From Antedon mediterranea (taxonomy: Eukaryota > Animalia > Echinodermata): a stretch of 64,000 nt of DNA. Positions 1 through 13,581 of the stretch are shown one piece after another (positions within the stretch are counted from its first letter, which is position 1; each line of letters begins with the position of its first letter). The translations under genes were made by a program, and so were the position numbers. The stretch covers positions 4,356,422-4,420,421 of the forward strand of contig NC_092678.1 in the NCBI RefSeq assembly GCF_964355755.1. The letters run 5' to 3'. The notes under the pieces are model-generated. The model worked only from the letters and a program-made list of their open reading frames with translations. It ran no database searches and had not been told where the DNA came from.

Positions 1-238
1 CTGAATACCAATATCAGTACAGATGTTTCACAGCACTGGCCCACTTGAGACGCACCCGGCCTACGACTGGAGTAAATGGCACAAACTAGTAGAACGTGTT
101 GTGTCTAACAATGATGAAGCGTGTTAATATATTTTGCAGCAATTTCTTTCTGGTTATTTTTTCCTGCTGCTTTTCAATGTTTTATATTTTCCACTTCTTT
201 TTATAGTGGTGAAAAATATACTAGAACACATTTCAAAG

Positions 239-386
239 AATGAGAACATTAATGAAGCAGTATTGAGGGATGTATCAAGGAAATATGGAATATAACATGA
301 AATAATGATAAACATGATAGAATGAGGACATTAATGATGCGGTATTGAGGGATGTATCAAGGAAATATGGAATATATCATAAAATA
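239..386. repeat. Diverged tandem duplication, two copies, period about 82 bp
   Basis: AATGAG..CATTAATGA.GC.GTATTGAGGGATGTATCAAGGAAATATGGAATATA occurs at about 239 and again at about 321. Confidence 0.8.
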
Positions 387-2749
387 CTACATTGTTTGCT
401 GGAAGACTTCAATTTTAAAATAACATTTAGAAGTGGTTTATATTCTATTTGTTTAGTGCCAATTAAAGCAATAAATTAGAAAAAAAGTTTGATTTAGTTG
501 GTTGTTTGGTTTTTTTTTCAGCTCACATAAATAAATAAGTAAATATACAGTATGATAAAATCACATTTGGAAATGTACAATTTGGTATCTATAATTTTTA
601 ATAATATACGATAATATAAAAAATTCATTGTCTTCAGGTCATATGTTAACACGCCAATTAGGAACAAAGTGGTATAAATACATAATACAACAACTAAACA
701 ATAATGGATTACATATGTTGACAATGTGAACAAGGAAGAAAGGGAATAAAATTACAAACAAAAGTGTCGGTGTAGCATAACAGCCACCTACACGTCGATA
801 CATTCTCAACTTTATTTCCTTTTTTGGAAACTAATGGTTTACCGCAAACCATATTTTACATCACAGGAGATTGAAGAAAAAAAATCCGTATGAAATACAA
901 TACTCAATTGTTTAAGAGAAGCAAGAATATAAAGGAAATTCTCAGGCCTTTAAAATGTATTTTTTTCTTTCTGTACGATGAAATCCTTATCAGACGATTT
1001 TTAGTCTGAAACCGGAGAAAATATGGAAAAACATAAAAAAGTAGTTGTAGGCCTAAAGGCCTGTTATTGCATTGCAAGTATGCAACTAGTTACTCGACAG
1101 TTGAACGATATCGCTGTATTGTACGGCCCAAGATATCTGATTGCACCACCAGCATGTAATACTGCTACATATTATGTGAAGTAACATCCCCTCCGGAATA
1201 TTAAATCGTGACGTAGGCCCAATTATCTTCTCGCCTTGACTTGCACTACCGGCCCACCTCCCCTACGTCGAACTGTGATTGGAGGAGGTCGAAAAGCTAA
1301 GTTAATTTTATCCAAAAACATTTATTTGTTAATAACTATTCACTTATAGCCATTTTCATAAATGTTTTAGTAATTTATCAATCGTCAATCGGGTCCACCC
1401 ACCACGTCAATACTGGTATTAAATCTGCCCCTCGTGTTCTTTCAAGTAGGCCTACAGTGTCTTATAGCCGAGAACCATCGGTACTTGGTACCGGAAAAAC
1501 CCAGGTTTCAACCGGAGTTTCAGCTTAAACATCCGTTTGATTGTTAGATTTTGAATGAGTTCCGGTGATAGGATGAAAACGTTTTCCACCACCCTTGAAA
1601 AACATTAAAGCGTAAAATACCCGTACTGATCTGTGACAGGTGCTGAAACGTAACACACTGTTAACAAAACGGTTTTATCGATCCTCCTACAATTACTATA
1701 TCTCATTTTAAAATTCCTTATTACAAATATTTTTTATATATATTCCCGTATATATTATTTCATTTCATTGATTTATTTGACACAATCGGTCAAGGGGATG
1801 CGACCGTCAGCAACAATGCGCCATAACAAGAAAGTGTACACAACTCCTACAAAATACTATTATAACAACATTTAAAACAAGATAAAATTACATAAAGAGA
1901 ATATTAATATTATATACAAAAATGAATTAAAATATAATGTACTCATCTGATCAGTCTAGTTTTATTTATCGGAATGATTTATTTACAAGATTTTAAAATA
2001 TAAATAAAATTCACAAAAACTGTAAGTAGGCCTAAATATTTTTGAAGTGACCAGTTATCTTTTATCGAATAAATATTTCTTTAACTTAAATACGAGGGAG
2101 GGATTATTATGTTAATTGAAGTCTTTGGTACTGACATATCTCTTAATATCCAAATATTTCCGAGTATTAAAATCGGGAGATGTTTTGTATTTTAGTAATT
2201 ATTCTTTTAAAATCGAATTTCTAGAAAATTTGTCTTACCTACTTATTTTCACAGTCACTTTTTATTGCAACATGCACTGTAATGTAACCTAAAGTGGAAT
2301 TTCCATTTTCTTAGGAAACTTAGGAACTTCCTGAAATGGTTCCCATCCGTTATTTACATTAAATTTTTTTTAATTTCTCTAAATATATAAAAATACATTA
2401 CAATTTATTTACCCGTACAAAAGACAAATTTTAATCAAGCTAATAAGAAATCGTTAAAAAACAGCAAATTGTTGAATAGAGTAGGCCTATACTGTAGACT
2501 ACTAAGCTATTTTTGTGAGAGCACACTAGGCTAAAACAGCATTCCATTTTTGGATAATAAGAATCAGAATAAATTGAAGATGTATAATACTGTAAATAAC
2601 ATGAAACACCCAACAAATTTATATAATAATAATACATTTTTTTTTTATTTCACCATCATTTCTTCCAATTCGTACTTGCCTGGGCCTTTCCGAGCCTGGT
2701 GGTACCCAGAAACCTAAATTAAGAAGTGACCTAATCGCGCTCGCATTTG

Positions 2750-2793
2750 ATTGGTCGAAGGAGTTGTTGATTGGGTATGAGAAACCTATAAAG
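2750..2793 (+). promoter_or_regulatory. Core promoter of the secreted-protein gene (two inverted CCAAT boxes plus TATA box)
   Basis: ATTGG at 2750 and 2770, TATAAAG at 2787-2793. A likely non-coding exon follows, ending at donor AAC|GTAAGT (intron 2948-3312), with acceptor TTTTACAG just before the ATG at 3314. Confidence 0.65.
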
Positions 2794-3313
2794 TAAGACG
2801 TAGAACGGGAAGCATATCAAAGTTCTCAACACAACCTTTAAGAAGGTATTAAGATTGGCTGCTCTGCAAACTTCTACGTACTCTGGCAAGTTTTTGAACT
2901 GAGTCTAAATAACTTTTTTGCTGAAGTTTGTTTTCAAATATAAGAACGTAAGTTACAATTTTCTAGTTTCTTTATTCAATTGTTTTTTATACAAAGCTAT
3001 GTATTGTAGGAACGTTCTAAATCTGTTTTAACATGTTGTTGACTACCGTGGGATTTTAAATGTTATAAGTTTTCTAAAACCATGTTCCAATTTTGGATTT
3101 TTATTTAGTTAGCAATAACATAGCCTGTAAGTATCAAATAAAACGAAACTATGTTCGGTTATTTTTTTTTAAATAGGCTTATATATTGTATTGTTTAGCC
3201 ATGTGTTCAACAAAATATATTTTTATAAAGTCAAAATTCTGCTTACCTTTCCATTACTTTTACTAAGTACCGTACTCGTACACTGTGAGTAAAATGTTTC
3301 ATTATTTTACAGA

Positions 3314-3784
3314 ATGTTTCCAGAAGTTGTAGTATTTCTGCTGTTGGCAGTCATCGTTTCTTCAGCACCCGTAGAAAAAGGATGGGACACCAGTGTGCCT
3401 GAAATACCAATGAGCGTCGATTTCAGCACTTTTATGGAGAAGTTCCAGTACAACGTTGGTGAATCCATTCAAAACCAAATAGATACTGCGTTGGCAGGAG
3501 GAGAATTTTCAAACGGATTCGATGTACCTGATCAACAGCAGGTTGTCTTTGGTGGAATCGAGCAAGGAGGCCTCAGCTTTAATGGATTTGGCGAATCTGA
3601 TACTCTACCAAAGTTTAGCGATCCGAATTTTGATTGGCAGCAATATCTGGAGACGGCAGAAGAAGGCAAGAATGGGTTGTCACCAGAAGAAGCAACCATG
3701 GGTCAGAATTTCGGTTCATTCGATATGCAGAAATATATAGACGAGGTTAACAAAGAAATGGAAGATTTAGGTTTGAACGAATAA
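3314..3784 (+). CDS. Small secreted acidic protein of unknown function, 156 aa, single coding exon
   Basis: Clean ORF with higher GC than its flanks. N-terminal signal peptide MFPEVVVFLLLAVIVSSA. D/E/F/G/Q-rich, no Cys. Splice acceptor just upstream, ATTAAA near 4175. Confidence 0.8.
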   Translation: MFPEVVVFLLLAVIVSSAPVEKGWDTSVPEIPMSVDFSTFMEKFQYNVGESIQNQIDTALAGGEFSNGFDVPDQQQVVFGGIEQGGLSFNGFGESDTLPKFSDPNFDWQQYLETAEEGKNGLSPEEATMGQNFGSFDMQKYIDEVNKEMEDLGLNE

Positions 3785-4642
3785 ATATTTTTGAATTTTC
3801 CTACTATCACTGAAGTCATTCCAAAGCAACGAGAACATTTTCTAGAGACAATCATTTCTAAATCAGTAATTTCAATTCAGTAATTGATATTTACGAACGC
3901 ATTCTAAAGCAATGGCCGTAGGGGGTTAGGTCATTTACTGAAAGTTCAGCGAGTGATTATCACGAACTTATTCACAGTCAAGACCGAAAACATTATGACA
4001 ATAAATTACACAGTAATTAAATGTAATATCATAGTACATGCTATAGTAATTGGTTCATTTTGTGAATTTATGCAGTAAGTAATGTTTTATGTTTGCTAAT
4101 CTTTGTATTCAGTTCTTTAAGTTATCAGTGAGTTGTATTGTATATACTTTGTGTTTTTGTATCTATTTCAGAACATTAAATAATGATTGGAAATGCATTT
4201 TGATGTATTTGTTTGTAGTAATGTTTTTAGCAACTTCTAAAACATGGGATTGACTTCATTAAAAACGACATTCGTTGGTAGTTTAAAAAACGTTAAAGAT
4301 GGAACATGCCCATATTCTTCTTCATTTTCACCGACAGTTGTTCTACAGTCATCTGTAGGCCTGCGAGAAAACGTTTTTGCTAAAACGCACTTACATCATA
4401 GCACTAGCTTACCATGGCTATTACTCGTTCTTGAATAATGAATCTCAAGGCACCGTACTGTGGCAAATCACGGCTCTTAATCTCTGTCTAAACTATCAAA
4501 CTTCATGTCACAAACTACACCTCCAATTAAAATGTTCTTTTTTATTATTCAGGATTTAAAAGGAAATACATAGATTTTATAAATTCTGCACAACTCTATC
4601 GTATATATTATCCGGATTCGTGGTATAAGACTATACATTTTC

Positions 4643-4783
4643 TTAAACTCTGTCTACTTAAAACTTTATGTGTAAAAAAATGTCATGTTGCAATATATGG
4701 ACATGATGATATCTGCACTACTATATTTGGGCACATCACACTTTTTTTTGTCAAACTAGATTGATAGTGTAGACAGAGCTTTA
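4643..4783. mobile_element. MITE family A copy (TIR AGCTCTGTCTACACTATCAAACT), PIF/Harbinger-like
   Basis: TTA-AACTCTGTCTAC...GATAGTGTAGACAGAGCT-TTA. The 3-bp TTA duplication is typical of PIF/Harbinger. Same family recurs six more times in the window. Confidence 0.85.
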
Positions 4784-4943
4784 CATAGTAGGCGTACCAA
4801 ATACTGCAATAATTATGTGTCGCAGTGGACATTCTTTGCTACAGTAAATATCGAAGATGTTTGCCACCGTTTCGCATAAAGCTTGGTTTCCACTTGTGAT
4901 TGGTCAAATTGTTTGTGGTGCGCTTACGTCATTACGTTGTGTC

Positions 4944-5128
4944 TAAAGCTTGGTTCCCACTAGAACGTAATGCAAGGACGTAAACGCAACGCAAGCGTTT
5001 TAACCAATGACAAGCGAAGTTATAGACAGTTAGCAATCACAAGCGAATAAGCCATCGCTTGTGATTGGTCAATTCACTTGCGTTGCGTTACGTCCTTGCG
5101 TTGCGTCGCTAGTGGGAACCACGCTTAA
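4944..5128. mobile_element. MITE family B, PIF/Harbinger-like, apparently inserted in a related element starting at 4877
   Basis: TAA-AGCTTGGTTCCCACTAG...CTAGTGGGAACCACGCT-TAA with long internal inverted arms (GCAAGGACGTAA/TTACGTCCTTGC). A similar terminus TAAAGCTTGGTTTCCACT lies at 4877. Confidence 0.85.
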
Positions 5129-5396
5129 GTGGTCCAAATTTCATATGGTTACCGTACTACGGTACCACCACCACCGGTGCTCTTGCTATCAGTTTTGTCG
5201 AGATGTAGGCCTAAGTGCAGTTAGGAATATTTCATTTTAAACATAATTTCAAAAGACACAACTATTGTTTTTCTTAATTTATTCAGAATCATTTCGTTTA
5301 TAATTTTTATTTTTAAATCATTACTTACTGGGTTTGTCTTTTTTACACTTAAATATTGCGCTTTAAATTTAGTAAAATAAATTCACCCGAGTTAAA

Positions 5397-6943
5397 TCAT
5401 TCCATTTGATCATTAGATACAAATCTATAATATCCACCGTCAAAGTTATCTGTCTCTTCACTCTTATCTTTAACTATTCTCTTGTAAGTGACGTCATGAG
5501 TTATCTGGTCATCTACTTCTTCCCGTTCAGTTACTAATTCTAAACCACTTAACTGTGGCATTGTCTTATTGTTTTCATCATTGTCTGTAATTTGCTTTTC
5601 TATAACTGTTTCATTATTTGTCGCATGTGTTACCGATTCAATTTCTTTGTCAGTTCTTATATATTCAGTATTATCAGAAGATTCAATGTTCAGTTGAATA
5701 TTGTTGTCCGTCAAAAATTGCGCTTCGTTTTCCGTTGGAGTTTTCGGAATAGTTTCGTTTTCAGTTTCCAAATCGGTTCCATGTTCCGGTAGCTGTACGC
5801 TAATTCGTAATGAGGTTTTTAATATGCCATTTTCCGAGTTATTCATCAGATTTGTTTCCTGTATTGGGTCTAATAGAGTTGAACTATGAATCGAAGCTCG
5901 GCTTGACCTTTGTGCAGACAAATCATCCCGAGTATACGATAATTCCCGAATAGCCGACAATTCCCGAATCCGTTCTAAATCATCTTTGAATTGTCGTTTA
6001 GCATTTGTGAATTTATGTCTTGTCCTAAGATTATTTTCATAAGCGTCTCCTTCGACAACTTTCCACTTTTCTTTTTGTAATATTAATTTTGTCTTTTTCT
6101 TTGATTTTGTATTGCAGTCTTTACATTTCATGTTCGTATTGCTATCTTGTTTGTCCATCGTAATGAGATTATCATTTGTGTCTTCAGCATCATCTACAGA
6201 TGCGTGGTCGACCGATGTTGCTATTGGTGGAAGTGGGTTCGCGTGGTTTAGCGCGTAGTTTACGTCACTCGCATGGGTATATCTGCCCTCTAACAATTTA
6301 GCAGCTTGTTGCATTTGTAGCTTGTAATTCTGTACGTAGCGATCTTCGGCTGATGGCAATACATGTGATTGATATTCACCTCCTAACGCCGGTCGCCAAG
6401 TCTTCATTTTAAATTGTTCTGGCCTAGCGGTGACTTTGGTTGCGATTTGTCCTTCTGTGTTGTTTGGTATACTTTTCTTTGGTGGGGCATGTCGAAATTG
6501 TTTTCCCTTCTTTTTGTCGTCAAAAGCAGGTCGTACTACCATTACGCGTCTGAAAAAATAATGTGAAGAAATTAGACATTTTTTCTTACCTAGGATCACT
6601 TGGGATAAGCTTCAAAGTAAAATGTAGGCCTACTTACTTCATCAAAGACTGTTGTTGTATGACATAAGGTCCCCTTGGTGGTCGGTACGCTCTGTGGAAA
6701 AATCGAATGTTGTGAATTTGGTTTGATTCAGCATTACTATAATTGTCATCGTCACCAACTACCCTAAACCGTATCATCAAAATCATCTTCAACACTTACT
6801 TGATTATCATAGGGGATTTCCCCATTAAGACATTCTGGTCACCAGTCCGCCTTTGTTTAACTCTCTGTACTAATTGGTGCATAGCTAGTTCTTTTGACGT
6901 TGTAGCAAGCTCTGTGGGTGCAACTCGGGGCCAGTATTGTTGC
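5397..6943 (-). CDS. Uncharacterised multi-exon protein, 3' part (exons 6943-6800, 6691-6638, 6549-5397)
   Basis: Three exons join in phase 2 through canonical GT-AG introns: ...QQYWPRVAPTELA...SPMIIK/AYRPPRGPYVIQQQSLMK/RVMVVRPAFDDKK... Basic N-terminal part, acidic low-complexity tail. Possible upstream exons at 8828-8780 and about 10480-10415; start codon not resolved. Confidence 0.75.
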
Positions 6944-7705
6944 CTAGAAAAATAATAAAATCAATTTATTACTCGACGGTTTTTTCTTTGGACAATTTAC
7001 ACTCATATTCCATGTCATAGTGCACTTATTCCTCGTCTTCTCATTCTACTCTTTGAACGGAATAATGAAAGCAGATATTCTTGAGTTACAATGGACACTG
7101 GTTATATTGTTGGTGCTTAAACCTTCACATTTAATCTTTCAAAGTACTTTAAAATGTATCTGTATTTTTGGCAAAGCTATACATCTACATTAATTCCATT
7201 CACACGTTTTACGGAACAGAAGAAGGTAACGTTGAATAATCGCGTATAAGATTGTTTATAAATAAAAATGGCACGTCCTCCATTCCGTGCGATGAAACAA
7301 GTGTAAACGTAATGACGAGAAAATACACTTTGTAACTTTGTAAATGATTAATTATGCGTTAGTGTTTATTTAACATAGAATTACGTATTGTACTCTATCC
7401 ATGTTTACTATGTACACACCGTCAGTAGACTAAACAAATACAGCCATTACTGTAATGGTAATGATAATAAAACTCAACCCAATTAAAAAGCGATTAAGTG
7501 TACTATTTAGATATAGTACTTTGACACGTCTATGATAATGGTCTTGCATTTTGTATCAAGATTATTTGAGAGGTGTGAGTGATTGGCCCTGATATATCGA
7601 ATAAAAACCAAGAACACACAGTACAGCGGAAAATCAATAAACCGACTGTTTAACAAAATAATAAAAACAAGAAACATGGTATTGGAAGGAAGGAACGAGT
7701 AAGCT

Positions 7706-7719
7706 ATCACCATGGCGAC
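7706..7719. promoter_or_regulatory. RFX X-box-like motif
   Basis: ATCACCATGGCGAC (reverse GTCGCCATGGTGAT) is close to the RFX consensus GTTGCCATGGCAAC and lies upstream of the minus-strand exons. Confidence 0.45.
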
Positions 7720-10700
7720 GTGTATACAATTCTACCCACTGCATACCATGTGCTTTCACCTTTTGTCACCTCGTATTTTATTATGTCATGCTTCCACTGA
7801 AGGAAAGAGACCCATGCTGAGTTTGTAAAAACCACAATGGGATAAAACAAATCATTTGATTCGAACTTAAAATTCCAAGTACATTAGAACGGAAAATATA
7901 AAATGTATCATTTACTAAAGATCTTTCTAAAATCGTTGTCTTTACTCTGTGACGTGCCAACACTTCAGTATTTTTGTATCTGGTATACGTTTCTATTCAA
8001 CAACTTCAGATTTTATTCATAAACTTTTTTACCAGTTTTTAAGTGTTTGTTTACTTGCATTATAGAGTACTCGGACTTTACACTTTTCCACTTACATTCA
8101 AAGTTTTTTAAGTGGCCATTTATTGATAAAGTAATTGTACCGTTCGTATCAATTAGTAGACTATACTCACCCATCTCGATTTGTTGCCAGACTGTTCGTA
8201 ACTTGATTGGCAAAAGCTGAATGCGACCTATTATTACTTTGTTGGTTATCAGCAAATTTAGTTTCTGATCGAAACGATGTTCCTGTGAATATTTTGAAGT
8301 TAAATTATACACAGCTTTAAGAATATCAGTGTATTCTCTTTTGTATATTTTGATTAAGACAAGACCACAATGTAAAACAGATACACTGTTATCTGATTGT
8401 TTTATCCTGTATAAATACATTATTTATTATTATTATTTATTATATTAAGTCGAAATTGAGGCTAACTTCTAATGGTCTCCAGCTAAAGTAGTTTTCATAA
8501 TCATATTAATTGTCTTTAATATCTCCTTCTTAATTATGAATCTTATAATCATATCCGTCCGTATCTTATCTTGATCAACTTCACCATTATCATTTGTATC
8601 ATTATTTCTCACAACCATACTAATCACTACATCCACTCTTTCTCGCTGTCGTCATAATTATTATCTTATCATTTATATCATCTATCATCACAATTCATCT
8701 GCGTCATTATCAGTATCTTGCACGATTCTCATTGGCTCATTCATCATCGATTTCAGCTTAATAAATACCATAAGTTTACCTTGCATCCTGTGCTTATGGA
8801 ACATCAACCTATAGTCAGCATACTTCCTCTGAAAATAATGAAAATAAGAAATTTTGTAATGTCATGGTTATGACCATTAGTACCAGTGCCTATATGAATC
8901 GCCTGTGGTAGTTGTATTGTTTGCCGTAAGTGCTGGTAAGCATTAAGTATCGCATATTAATTAAAGCCAATGCTTATTATTTTGATTTGAAGGATTTTAT
9001 AAAGAGGTTCCTCTTGACTTAAAATGATCGTGCTAACCGAATAATTATAAAAATATACAATATCAGACGTTAAAAAAGATACATTTTGACATTGAATATG
9101 ACGATGACTTTTACAGTGTTTTGTGACGTTTTAGCCACTCCGTATTATTTAGAGAACATCATTTTTAATAATTTTCCGTCGCTACAAAATATTCTGAACA
9201 TTTCTTACGGTTTTCCCGTATTTAAACTACTAATGTACAATCCGCTACAGTATTAGTTTTTACTCTGCATGCAACAAACAAACAAACCCAAAACATGTTT
9301 TTTAATTGTAAAAAATACAACGATAAATATCGATGTATAGCTATAGTATAAGCTATTTTATATCGTGCATATAAAAAAAGCGTTGTGGTGGGTCGATTCC
9401 TAATTCCTGTCAAACAGGAAAGACACACACTAAGGTTTTATGAGTCTCTTTACAAAATCCTTTGAATTTATGTAAAGATGTAGAGTATTTAATATATTCG
9501 TAAGGTGATTAAAAGCCGCAGCTGAAAGTGATATAAATTGGGATGAGATTTCAATATATGAAATTGAAATAATTTAAATGAAATCTGCTACGTAAGAAGT
9601 TTTTATATTGTCTGATTAACTAATAAAAATATTGTATGTACACGGTATTAAAATGTATAACTAACGAGAAATTGAAATGTCAGTTATGTAATTACTCGTT
9701 CTTAAATTCATTACGGTACGTAAGATATTTTAAAAAATAAAATAGCATAGGCGGCCTAAACCATAAAGGTAATTAGTAGTTTACTACTGTAGGCCTATAT
9801 ATCTAAAACTACATTAATTGATTATATTTTTTTCTTAAAGGAACTTCTTATTTTGGCCCTTTTCAACGTATTTTTTTATATTTTGCTTTCTACTTCTGAG
9901 ATTTGCCGCCATTTGGGCGGTGTTCTTAACATGTGTGTTTTGAATAGCAATACTCATCTTCTCAATGCATTTCTATCGACATTTTCTTAAATATTTGTCC
10001 ATCTTCCTCTTATTATTTAATATATATATAACTTCTTCTTTTTATATATATTCGTTTAATTTTCGTTGCATATTGTATGGTATATCATCAAAACCGAAAC
10101 AATATTTCACTTAAAAATTGTTTTAGTCTCTCGGTGCAGAAGTATGATTTATTACTTTCGGTACGATCAACATACATATAATAACTATTATCAATAAAAA
10201 GTATCAATTTAATATATAAGTTATTATTAAATATTAATTAAACATCAAAGTACACAATGAATGAGTTTCATATTCGATGATTTCTTGGAACAAAATCGGG
10301 ACAAAATACGTATTTTAGCATGTTCGTGCGAGAACGTATAGATACACTTTTAAGATTACAAAACAACAAATAAGACAAACATTACATAGGTTAATATTCG
10401 TATAATAAACCTACCTTATCGATGACTTACGAACACCTAACGTTTTCAAGCATTTTCAAAAATAATTTCCAATCTGAAACCTAGTAACCGTTACAAAAGC
10501 TTTGCGCAAACACTGACTGCTACTCTGCGATGTAGCATTTATTCAAGGTATATATCGTTGGTATGATAATTACGGTAGGGGTAGCAAGAGGTCACGTGGT
10601 TCTGTTCATAACAGAATACTTGAATGGTGAACTAGTTTGCTTAACGATCCCCTTGATAATTGTCAATGAATGTAATAATACTCTTGATGTATATATTAAG

Positions 10701-12708
10701 TATTGACCACGTGTTTTAAAGATTTATATTACCACCGTTTCTATGCGTGGTACTCCATTGTGCTATTATCCCTATACTATATCATACTATAAAGCACTGT
10801 AAAGAACGAAAGTGCTGCGATGGAATGACAGTACACTCAGTGCTGGGATGGAATGACACGTCATACTCTTTCCATTTCATTTCATTTTTTTCATTTATTT
10901 CGTCAGAAAGAACAAATACACAACAAAACAAAAAAAAGAAAAGAGTTAAAATTCAAAATCTGAAAGACTGGTTAACCAAAAAAAGCGAAATGAATCACTG
11001 AAAAGTGTGGCTCACCAAATGGAAATTGAAAAGCGTTATACATTTATGATTAAAATACGTTATAATTCATAATGAACAACCCAGTTTCAATGTTAAGGGA
11101 AAACTACAGATTTCACTACTTCGTAAAGATATTTTCTCGATTTTAAAAATTAAAATACGCTGAAATATTCATCAGGCAAATAAGCCTATTGATTATCAAT
11201 TAAAATAAAATAATATATCCACAGAAATTATGGTTTCATTAAAAAATTGACAAATCGAATAATATAATAAAGTAATTTATTTAGTACTGTATAATATATT
11301 GAATACTGTCACTGTACAAGAATACGTTATTTAAAAAAAAATATTGTACATGTTGATTTTGGACCGTTTAGATAAAGTATCCTTACAAATAATAACGCTG
11401 GATATAATGTAAATACGTGTTAAGAATGAACTCGACGAACGAAATAGATTGGTTTAGTGTAGTTTACCGACTGTTTACACTTGGAGGGGAACCATGGTAA
11501 CTATGATACGAAACGACAGACACTTTATCAGTCCAATCGTGTTTACATGTGAACGTAAACCTAATATAGGCCTACTGCTATACTCGAATGGAAATGTAAT
11601 AGAATACTTACATGTAAGACGTTCATGTTTGTCTCATTATTTCCAAATGACATTAATGTTAGATACAAAATTATTTTTTTCTAAAAAAACAATTCTTATA
11701 TATCCTGTGGAATAGTTCACTTTGAGAAATCAGGTCTAAATATAGTCCAGCATGTTATTGCAAACATGAATCAGGCAGAATTGATTAAAAACGATTCGCA
11801 ACTTGCTTGGCATCTTTTGTTTCTTTGTAAGGTGCAAAACAATCAAACAAAAACATTGAATAGAAAATAACCCGTTGACCCTACCACCTAGTCAGCTTAA
11901 GTTAATGTTGTTCATTGTAATGCATCAACAATCGATATGGACAGGATTAAGTACATGTAGACTATTGATCACAATAATTGATCTTAAACTGAGCTGCTAA
12001 GTATATCTCCAACCCACCGCTGTGATACTGGTTGTCTTGCAGTAGAAGTCCGTAGTGGCAAAAGTAAAGCCATGGTTACAACTTGGCGCTTCGAAATTCC
12101 ATATTTTAACCATCCGGTAATATAACGTTACGTACAAACGTCAAGTCTTTTCATATCCCCGTAAGGATTACGCAATCGGTTTAAGATCTAATACATCATT
12201 ATAAATGTATTCATTATGCAATGTTTAATGTTCCAACATTACAGTTTAATACCATTTTGATAACTTATGTGTTAGTCAAAAACACTGTGTTGATTGCGCA
12301 TGTGCCCGTTGCTAGGATAGGGGTAACTTTCGATGAAATATGCTTGAAAGATCCAGGGCTAACTCCTCCACCACCACCACCTATCTATTTGGTTTAGATT
12401 TGATATAAGTCACCCTCTCATCTGAATAAATATTAAATATTCATACACGAAACAGGGACGTAATGGTATTCAAATTTGCCTATTTAATAGTTTAGTTTCT
12501 TTCATCTTAAACAATGTGAAATCAAATGTAAAATTTTATTTCATATTTTCTAATTAAAGAAAATAGGAAGCAACTAATTAAACCAAATTAATATTAGCAG
12601 TAAATTGTTAATGCGTCAACGATTACTTTACGTTTCGCCCGAAGGACGATGCTTTTTATTAATGTTATATCAACCGAAACAATAAATACTTAACAGTGGA
12701 ACTGTAAC

Positions 12709-12950
12709 TTAAGCCTGGTTTCCATTAAAATCGCTACAGCGTTTGCATTAAAATCGCTACACGCGCAGATGTCGCCGACGCAATCGGCAAAGTTCAACCA
12801 TGTTCAACTTTGCCGATTTTGTCGGCGATGAATCGTATACGCGTACCAAAGAATATTTAGCACTCGCGTACTAGATCCCCGATACATTCAGGCGTTTCCA
12901 TAGAATCGCTACGCTCTGTCGTGTAGCGATTTTATGGAAACCAGGCTTTA
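12709..12950. mobile_element. MITE family C, PIF/Harbinger-like
   Basis: TTA-AGCCTGGTTTCCAT...ATGGAAACCAGGCT-TTA, subterminal AATCGCTAC repeats, internal palindrome ATCGGCAAAGTT..AACTTTGCCGAT. Confidence 0.88.
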
Positions 12951-13581
12951 GCCGCCAGGATTAACACGACCACAGTATGAACTGGGATTAAACCTACTAT
13001 TGTAAGGCCAAACAGGTGAAAATATTATTTTACTCATATGTTTGTTTCAATAAACATTATTTATTGCTGCTATTTTTTGGATGACGTAATAACGTTTTAC
13101 AGTATTAATACACGTAAACATCCGGAATTTATTTTCAGTACCGGGATCTCCCCGTTTTTATTATTTTATCACATGACCTATACAAATATATACCCAGATA
13201 ACAATGATGCAGGTACACTGCAGCTGTAACAAAACGAAACAATACTATTGTTATGAGTCGTTCAACCAGAGTAAACATATCACTACAGTAATTTTACTTG
13301 TATTTCCGGGAGTAGTAACGTGGTAATATCTGTTATTAATAATGATAATCTGATATCTGCTGAAAATTATTGCGTGGTTCTGACTACTGTTACGCTATTA
13401 CAATATATTCGTGTTTATCATATGATTTGAGGAAGAAGCAAAAGAAGGAAGCGTTATAGAAGCACTTCAATCCTCTTAAAACGTGTGCTCGATATCGACG
13501 GAACTTGACCTGGAGTTTCGTACATACAGTAAATGGTCGCGATATAGTTCCTTCTACTGAATACTGTAAAAGACTCGTACC

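Noticed and set aside
23-127. Possible terminal exon (MFHSTGPLETHPAYDWSKWHKLV...)
   Set aside because: In-frame stop at 2-4 and context cut by the window edge, so it cannot be supported.
8013-8420. 135-aa minus-strand ORF
   Set aside because: No recognisable domain and no compatible splice sites. Possibly decayed transposon sequence.
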